The translations under genes were made by a program, and so were the position numbers. The notes beneath the pieces were generated by a model. It worked only from the letters and a program-made list of their open reading frames with translations, was not told the DNA's origin and searched no databases. Positions 28,501 through 32,000 of a stretch of 32,000 nucleotides of DNA are shown piece after piece; the first letter of the stretch is position 1; every line of letters starts with the position of its first letter. The DNA is from Acaryochloris marina MBIC11017 (GTDB lineage Bacteria; Cyanobacteriota; Cyanobacteriia; Thermosynechococcales; Thermosynechococcaceae): the NCBI RefSeq assembly GCF_000018105.1, contig NC_009925.1, forward strand, positions 6,330,001 to 6,362,000, written 5' to 3'.

Positions 28501-28520
28501 TCCTGCTGGCTGGCGTACAC
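22548..28520 (-). CDS. nine-GAF-domain sensor histidine kinase (HisKA_3 + HATPase_c), soluble
   Basis: 1990 aa. The C-terminus carries the H-box ERNRLAREIHDTLAQ (HisKA_3/NarX type), N-box EAITNVLRHA, and G-boxes DDGVGF and GFGLVGIRER. Nine GAF-like modules are separated by Ala/Glu/Arg coiled-coil linkers. No TM segment. An alternative ATG start lies at 28490. Confidence 0.9.
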   Translation of the reverse strand: MYASQQERVVMTGVLEDGPQQLQREGGLRQDCLLMGVAEAARKLLTIADFDTAVNGALEAIATAAEIDRIFVYQNHIEQNTRREFATCPYEWTTAGVVKASELPNQFPMFYDEIEGYSEWLSGLKTGQPIQKLAREMSVLGQDKQVQEQALSVLTVPIFVRGEYWGNFGFDDCTTERVWSEAEIAVLETAAASCAGALERRDNLAELQRRDALLKSVNAAAQCLVATSELEQAIPEALKILGQGTQQDRVYVFENVFPKGPDEGVWEMPYEWVKEGIPSSAEITTVDWPLAMASFPPIVNDSFSAGQEVQFLARDLQGKALQINEEGQTLSLIAVPIAVSSQWWGVLGFDDCTTERVWSESEIAVLETAAACIGSAIERDRTRKEREATAQARAEELSQVNSILQTSLTNLASQTDLNAFLGHVTHLINQAAGAYSGYVFLQDIPTNTLELRLSVQKGQIRIGASATDPELFQHPFPTDITPAYPDLCQTREIGLYGVYLDVDSDLMWPGTTEWHRRSGHKEAAAVALFAGDQPIGMLGLTFDHEVDLRDEDRDLIRALADQAALAIQLANLAEGTRQTALLQEREAAAKAQIAELAKRDRILQATATASKVLLNSEDFDASVSQALQILGDSLGFDRIGVGQQFDDPAGETSGFVRFLYEWHAPGVGSQLRDSEAMTDFPWEEMGLESWYEANLRDEAFGQVLEDLPEPFRSLQQAVNVKSTHNIPIFMEGQYWGVFGVDHCRERKLLTEVELVALKTAANCVGGAITRDRTRKEKEAAAKARVAELAERDRILEAAAAAANIMLTEGDFDSAVNRAIEIIGLGLAVDRAGVMRHFDATADTPGYHQEIYEWDTAGVSRQIDHPELARISDSGIEFVVEQLARGEVFGGVVEELPEPFRSGQQALGAQSVYAVPIIVNNHYWGIVALDDCHNQTRRSEAELEALRTLANCIGNAIERNDARKEKEAAAKARVAELAERDRILEATAAAANVLLTDKDFAGEIKQALQLIGEAVGTDRVGIAQHLEDLTETSPGHWLVIHEWSIPEMTPVAELCYPDPMQGTYGGAVQLYAIHQRGESFSIKTEQMMEPFRSSMAFMNIQTLHAVPIILREQYWGTVVFGDCRQQRQRSVAELTALQTVADCIGNAIDRDRIRKAREAAERKALIERERAARAAELEVANQVLTIRDRWLETTATAANQLLTADIATSVNTALQTIGTNLESDRLGVMRHVADVTELGHFQILYEWDSAGTAAQIDNLELHQMPANDFAEWTWHLMTGQPVGGPVEEQPEPFRNTMRSLGTLSTYAVPIFIEAEFWGVMFMDYCRELRQLTSAELAVFKTVATCIGSAIYREQMRCNREQAERDTLLQQEREQAAQKRAAALEIYNRQLQQRDTLLNSVNAAAQSLVANEDLATALPTMLKILGEGTGQCRAYILRNSLDEQTGQLLFNLMLEWDAPQIPPKMEVGAHFPVPIDRFPDHLTAPLKAGRATQFLASELDGINPADRQPGQVLSLVGVPITVGGEWWGLLGLDDCVEERVWSDAEIAVLETAASAVGGAVECDRTRQAREAAEKEVLAEREKAAQERAAELAKTNEAISQTLNALTTEPELDRFLGQILTQIIEQIGADDTHLFLYDAETHTLHSQLAVQNNTVYLGNAPNDPELFYTDIPADITAAWQILISSDKPFTLDDDNPKAATFLWPTTLEWHTSRGHQSATCACMKIGNQPIGFIGFAFCDQTVLSTEQLEFVQALTNQATLAIHLTRLAEQARTNALTDERNRLAREIHDTLAQAFTGISLQLEAAKNILSQQPETAKSYLDQARDLTHQGLSEARRSVHALRSEALERETLVKALQKNLTQMTLNTSLQTEFQIQGTPILLEEGLQLNLLRIGQEAITNVLRHAQAKTLTVTLAFTDQEVGLCVTDDGVGFEPQDVADITGFGLVGIRERTVRYQGQVKITSHPGEGTTIEVKMPVQPNASSPGREEDGRSGR
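25573..25639 (-). repeat. intragenic linker repeat, copy B
   Basis: 67 nt, about 90% identical (7 mismatches by eye) to 26137..26203, including an identical 25-nt run GCAGCGGCCTCTTTTTCCTTGCGGG. Encodes RKEKEAAAKARVAELAERDRIL. Confidence 0.85.
26137..26203 (-). repeat. intragenic linker repeat, copy A
   Basis: Partner of 25573..25639. The offset is 564 bp, which equals one GAF module of 188 codons. Confidence 0.85.
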
Positions 28521-28634
28521 CGATGCTACCGCACCTGACGAGAATAGACCCTAGCCAATCGATAGGGCAGAATTGATTCATCACTTCCGTACCGTCATGG
28601 GCTAACAACAGCACAACCCTCCATTCACGCCAAA

Positions 28635-29380
28635 TTAGAGTGCTTTTCGGCCATAGGTATAGAAAATCGTACTATCACTCCAAATGCCTTGATCCGTTTG
28701 GAGTGTCTCCAACTCTTGGACGTAGTCAGCCCTTGCGGCAGCTAACTGCTCAGCACTAAGCAGAGAAACTGGATTAGGATATTGTCCAGGAGCAGGTGAT
28801 GAACTGTCCCCTAGCCACATTCCCCTCAACCTCTCCAAACTGAGATAGCTGCCATCAACTTCAACTTTAAAGTCAATATCAACAAAGCCTGCTTGGGTTA
28901 AGAGCCGATGGCATTTTTCAACCGTTCCAGTTGGCTTATTTAACAACACGGAGATACCCTGCCTTTCAAGTACCCGTTGAGCGACCACACCTGCGATGAA
29001 TGCAGTCTCTGCAAAGGCATGAAAGCCTAGTAAGCCACCGGGTTTTAGCACGCGATGCCATAACCGCAAAGCTTTAGGTAAATCTGACATCCAAATTAAA
29101 GCCGACGAACAGAACAGATGGTCAAAGCTTCCAGCAGGAAAATTGAGATCTTCTGCATCCGCAACCAAAAAGTCAACATTGGTCAGACCTAGCGCTGCAG
29201 CTTTCTGTCGGGCGCATTCAATCATATCTGTAGCAATATCAACCCCGATCACACTGCCCGTTCGTCCCACCCGCTGAGCCGCATCAATAGCCACCAGTCC
29301 AGTTCCTGTGGCTAAGTCTAAAACTCGCTGTCCTTGAGAAAGAAAAGCATGGTCAAGCAAGCGTTGAGCAATCTGTGGAT
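28635..29380 (-). pseudogene. class I SAM-dependent methyltransferase, 5'-truncated by the IS4 insertion
   Basis: Motif I VLDLATGTG, motif post-I VDFLVADAEDL, and LKPGGLL. The track ORF starts at TTG 29360, only 16 codons before motif I. The frame is open upstream (PQIAQR-LLDHAF) right up to the IS inverted repeat at 29381. Confidence 0.75.
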
Positions 29381-29403
29381 CAATGGCACTGACTTAAGCT
29401 CAA

Positions 29404-30270
29404 TCAAACAGCTAGCTTAGCTTTGAGAGCAGAGCGAGGTTGTCGCATTCGCGGGAAAGATTTGGGTCTGCGTTTGACGACTCTCGGTTCGTGCCGATTC
29501 GGTCGAGAGGGTAATAGATCGGCTGCCATGGTCTCAAGTAGATGAGTAAACAACCGCTTTCTGGTCGCACGGTTGGCTGTCGCCAACAAAGCAAGCATCT
29601 GATTGAAGTGTTGTCGTGCTCCTTGCACAGACAGTTGAGTTCTAGCATTATCTGCTAGCGGTGCCGCAAGTTCCATGAGACTTCTGAGTAGGTTATAGCC
29701 CAACAAATGTACCCAAATGTCCTTGCGCACCATATCCGGAGTTTTGGCACTGAGCATCTCCATTTTTAAGGTGGTTTTGAGATGGCGCAGATTGACTTCC
29801 GCCACTGGCCAACGCCAGCCATACAAGCGAGTCAGTTGCCCAGCGCTGTAGCGTTGAGCATCCAGCAGCGTCGTCACCACAATAATGTGCTGGTCGCGAA
29901 AGCCCTTAAGGGATAAGCGCAAACACACCTCTCTAACGACCAATGTTTGAGGAATCAGGGCAAAATCTTGCTCACTCATGTGCTCAGGCCGTTGGGCTGG
30001 CTTATGCCATGTCACCTGATGATCACCAATGCCATGCTTGTTGCCTTTGCGGAAATCAGTCTTGCGAGCATGATGTTTACGCAACACTCCATCAGCCCTG
30101 TGTTGTTGAATGATGGCTAGATCAACATAGCTGCCATAAGCTTGGTCCGCCATGACCACATCACCGACCTCAAGGTCTTGATAGAGCAAACGACTCATGA
30201 CAATTTCACTGGTGTCCCAGGAGGCAATACAAGCTGACGCCACTGCACCGGTAACCAAACAGAAGAACAC
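29404..30270 (-). pseudogene. IS4-family transposase, C-terminal part
   Basis: VFFCLVTGAVASACI..VVMADQAYGSY..LYGWRWPVAEVNLRHLK (Y-x2-R-x3-E box). It is in phase with the N-terminal part after excision of 30273..31355 plus one TA. Confidence 0.85.
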
Positions 30271-30272
30271 TA

Positions 30273-31355
30273 AGTACCTATCCAAAATCAATTACATAAT
30301 CTCTTCCGAAGCCCTTAAGGATTTTGTCGATATACAGACTCAGGCTGCCTAAACACTTGTAGGCATCAAATTCAAGCCACTCATATTTCATAAAACGCCA
30401 GAAAATCTCAATCAAATTCAGATGCGGTGAATAGGTAGGTAGCCAGAAAATTTCGACATTCTTGGCTTTCCAGTCCTCAATGTTTTCTTCAATTTCAGTG
30501 TTTTTATGGATGCTGGCTTGATCCATCACCACGACCGTGTGTTGGTCACAGGTCTGACTAAAATCATCAATACAGGCCACCACCACCGCACTGGTAATAC
30601 TCTTGTCAAACACATAGGAAGTGAGGTCATTGTGCCGATTCATCAACCCCAACACGTTGAATCGACCGCTGCGTTGACTGGGAAGTCCTAGTGTTTCCCC
30701 TTTCTCCTGCCAAGCATAGGGGACATACGGCACTAAGCAAAACCCGCTTTCATCGAGATATCTCAGGTCCAGCTCACCTTTTTCCTCCTGACGCTTCAAG
30801 ACCTCTAACTGATGACGTTTGGTTGCATACTCCACTGGGTCTGGCTGGCCCGCAACGACTCGCCTGAGGCGACGCCAGCTCATGGAACATGATTTGAGGA
30901 TGCGCTTGAGGGTGGTTTTGCTCACCTCTATGTTCCAGGCTTCCTTGATCTTTGCCAACACAACATTGAGGTTATGCGGAGTCATTTTTGCCCACTCTCG
31001 GATTTGCTCCTTCTGCACGTCTCTCAACTTAGGTTTACGGCCACGGCCCGGCTGATCATACAGACCCACTAAGCAGTGGTTGTCCCAAGCATCTAACCAG
31101 GTGTAAACCGTTTTTCGGGTGACGGCAAAGATGCTCATTAACTCGGTGACATTAAACCCTTCAAAACTCAAGAGAATGCAATGGGCGCGTTGACGGACTT
31201 GGTGATGATGACTATGGCGATGAATTCGGCTGAGTAAATGGATGGTCTCTGGGCTCAATCCTTGAATAAAACGTTGTTTCATTGGGCTATAAGCTATTCG
31301 CTATCCACTGAACTGAAACCACTTATTATGATGTAAATATTTCTGGCTATCTACT
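30273..31355 (-). mobile_element. IS630-family insertion sequence nested in the IS4 transposase gene, 1083 bp
   Basis: About 25-bp imperfect inverted repeats (AGTACCTATCCAAAATCAATTACAT versus the reverse complement of the other end, AGTAGATAGCCAGAAATATTTACAT). TA duplication at 30271..30272 and 31356..31357. Confidence 0.9.
30278..31282 (-). CDS. IS630-family transposase
   Basis: 334 aa with an HTH N-terminus and the DDE_3 signature LPTYSPHLNLIEIFW. Apparently intact. The stop codon lies inside the inverted repeat. Confidence 0.9.
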   Translation of the reverse strand: MKQRFIQGLSPETIHLLSRIHRHSHHHQVRQRAHCILLSFEGFNVTELMSIFAVTRKTVYTWLDAWDNHCLVGLYDQPGRGRKPKLRDVQKEQIREWAKMTPHNLNVVLAKIKEAWNIEVSKTTLKRILKSCSMSWRRLRRVVAGQPDPVEYATKRHQLEVLKRQEEKGELDLRYLDESGFCLVPYVPYAWQEKGETLGLPSQRSGRFNVLGLMNRHNDLTSYVFDKSITSAVVVACIDDFSQTCDQHTVVVMDQASIHKNTEIEENIEDWKAKNVEIFWLPTYSPHLNLIEIFWRFMKYEWLEFDAYKCLGSLSLYIDKILKGFGRDYVIDFG

Positions 31356-31357
31356 TA

Positions 31358-31856
31358 CCAAGCGAGCGATGGGAAAACCACAGCCTGCTGTTTGATTGCC
31401 ATGTTGTGGATATGATGCTTGGTTGGCCGCACTATCAGCCATCAACACGGTGGTTCCGTCGTAGACCTTGACGGGCCGACCACACCAGAGGTGCTCTGGG
31501 GAGAGGGGTTGCGCTAAGCACTCAGCGCTTTCGGGAATTAAACGTTGCAACAGTGACTCTGGAAAGCGACTTCTGGCTTTGCTGTAGGCTCCGGTATCAG
31601 ATGAGGGCGGTTGGATGCCAGCCGCTGTGAGCCAAGTCGTGATGCATTTGACTGTGTTACGAAGGCTTTTATCGGCTGATAGCACTTGGTAAAGCATGGC
31701 CCACAGCGTAACGATGGGGCTATATATCCGGTTGCGATAGGAGAATGCTTCTTCTTTCAGGAGTTCCTCTAACCTTGAGGCTGGAAGGATATCTGTCCAC
31801 GGTAAACCCAGGCTTTGGGAAAATTGCTGCTTGAGAATTTCGGCTGACTCAGACAT
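31358..31856 (-). pseudogene. IS4-family transposase, N-terminal part
   Basis: MSESAEILKQQF...HGNQTAGCGFPIARLV, then interrupted. The track ORF starts at TTG 31907 and ends with 2 codons read from the IS630 end. Confidence 0.85.
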
Positions 31857-32000
31857 AGTGAAAGGCAGAAGTTTATGGCGTGCAAGTCTTGATCCTATAT
31901 CTATCAAGACTTGTAGCCTTTTCCTGACTTCTTAAGTCAGTGCCATTGACTGTTGGGATAGCTCTCTTGAACATTGGGTGTAATTTCTGTCAATGCGTTT

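Larger units (their letters stand above)
29381..31948 (-). mobile_element. IS4-family insertion sequence carrying a nested IS630 element
   Basis: Perfect 18-bp terminal inverted repeats CAATGGCACTGACTTAAG (29381..29398) and CTTAAGTCAGTGCCATTG (31931..31948). Length is 1483 bp without the nested element. I could not recognise a TSD. Confidence 0.88.

Noticed and set aside
22728-28554. Many plus-strand track ORFs inside the kinase gene (e.g. 24865..25302, 25435..25758, 25993..26325, 27877..28191)
   Set aside because: They are Ala/Ser/Arg-rich antisense translations of the Ala/Glu/Arg coiled-coil linkers. All lie wholly within a 1990-aa ORF that has clear domain signatures, so they are compositional artefacts.

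Overview
I read this 32-kb window as cyanobacterial DNA. It has nine perfect HIP1 octamers (GCGATCGC) plus pentapeptide-repeat and multi-GAF proteins. It is dominated by insertion sequences. I could delimit ten IS copies and two transposase relics: IS5 family x2, ISL3, IS630 x2, IS701, IS4-superfamily x3 (IS4, IS50/Tn5-like, IS1634-like relic), IS1 plus one relic, and IS200/IS605. Most have terminal inverted repeats and target-site duplications (TSDs) readable in the sequence. By my coordinates they cover about 13 kb, roughly 40% of the window, and two are nested in or abut other IS copies. Host genes are a 5'-partial hypothetical ORF, a two-gene pentapeptide-repeat locus, an RpiB-like isomerase, a DEDDh exonuclease, an FHA protein, a type IV pilin-like protein, a histidine phosphatase, a cytochrome P450 plus TetR pair, a 1990-aa nine-GAF HisKA_3 histidine kinase, and a SAM methyltransferase. 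At least eight host genes are broken: four by IS insertion, two by frameshifts or an in-frame stop, and two are truncated relics. Removing the IS copies plus one TSD copy in silico restores exact reading frames for the pentapeptide genes and for an IS4 transposase. I found no CRISPR array, tRNA, rRNA or convincing novel multi-gene system such as a defence island. The features most worth follow-up are the healed pentapeptide gene pair, the modular A-A-B-C-C-C-C-A-B GAF kinase, a perfect 13-bp palindrome upstream of the P450/TetR pair, and the scale of IS-driven gene decay. All domain and family calls come from motif recognition by eye, not from database searches.
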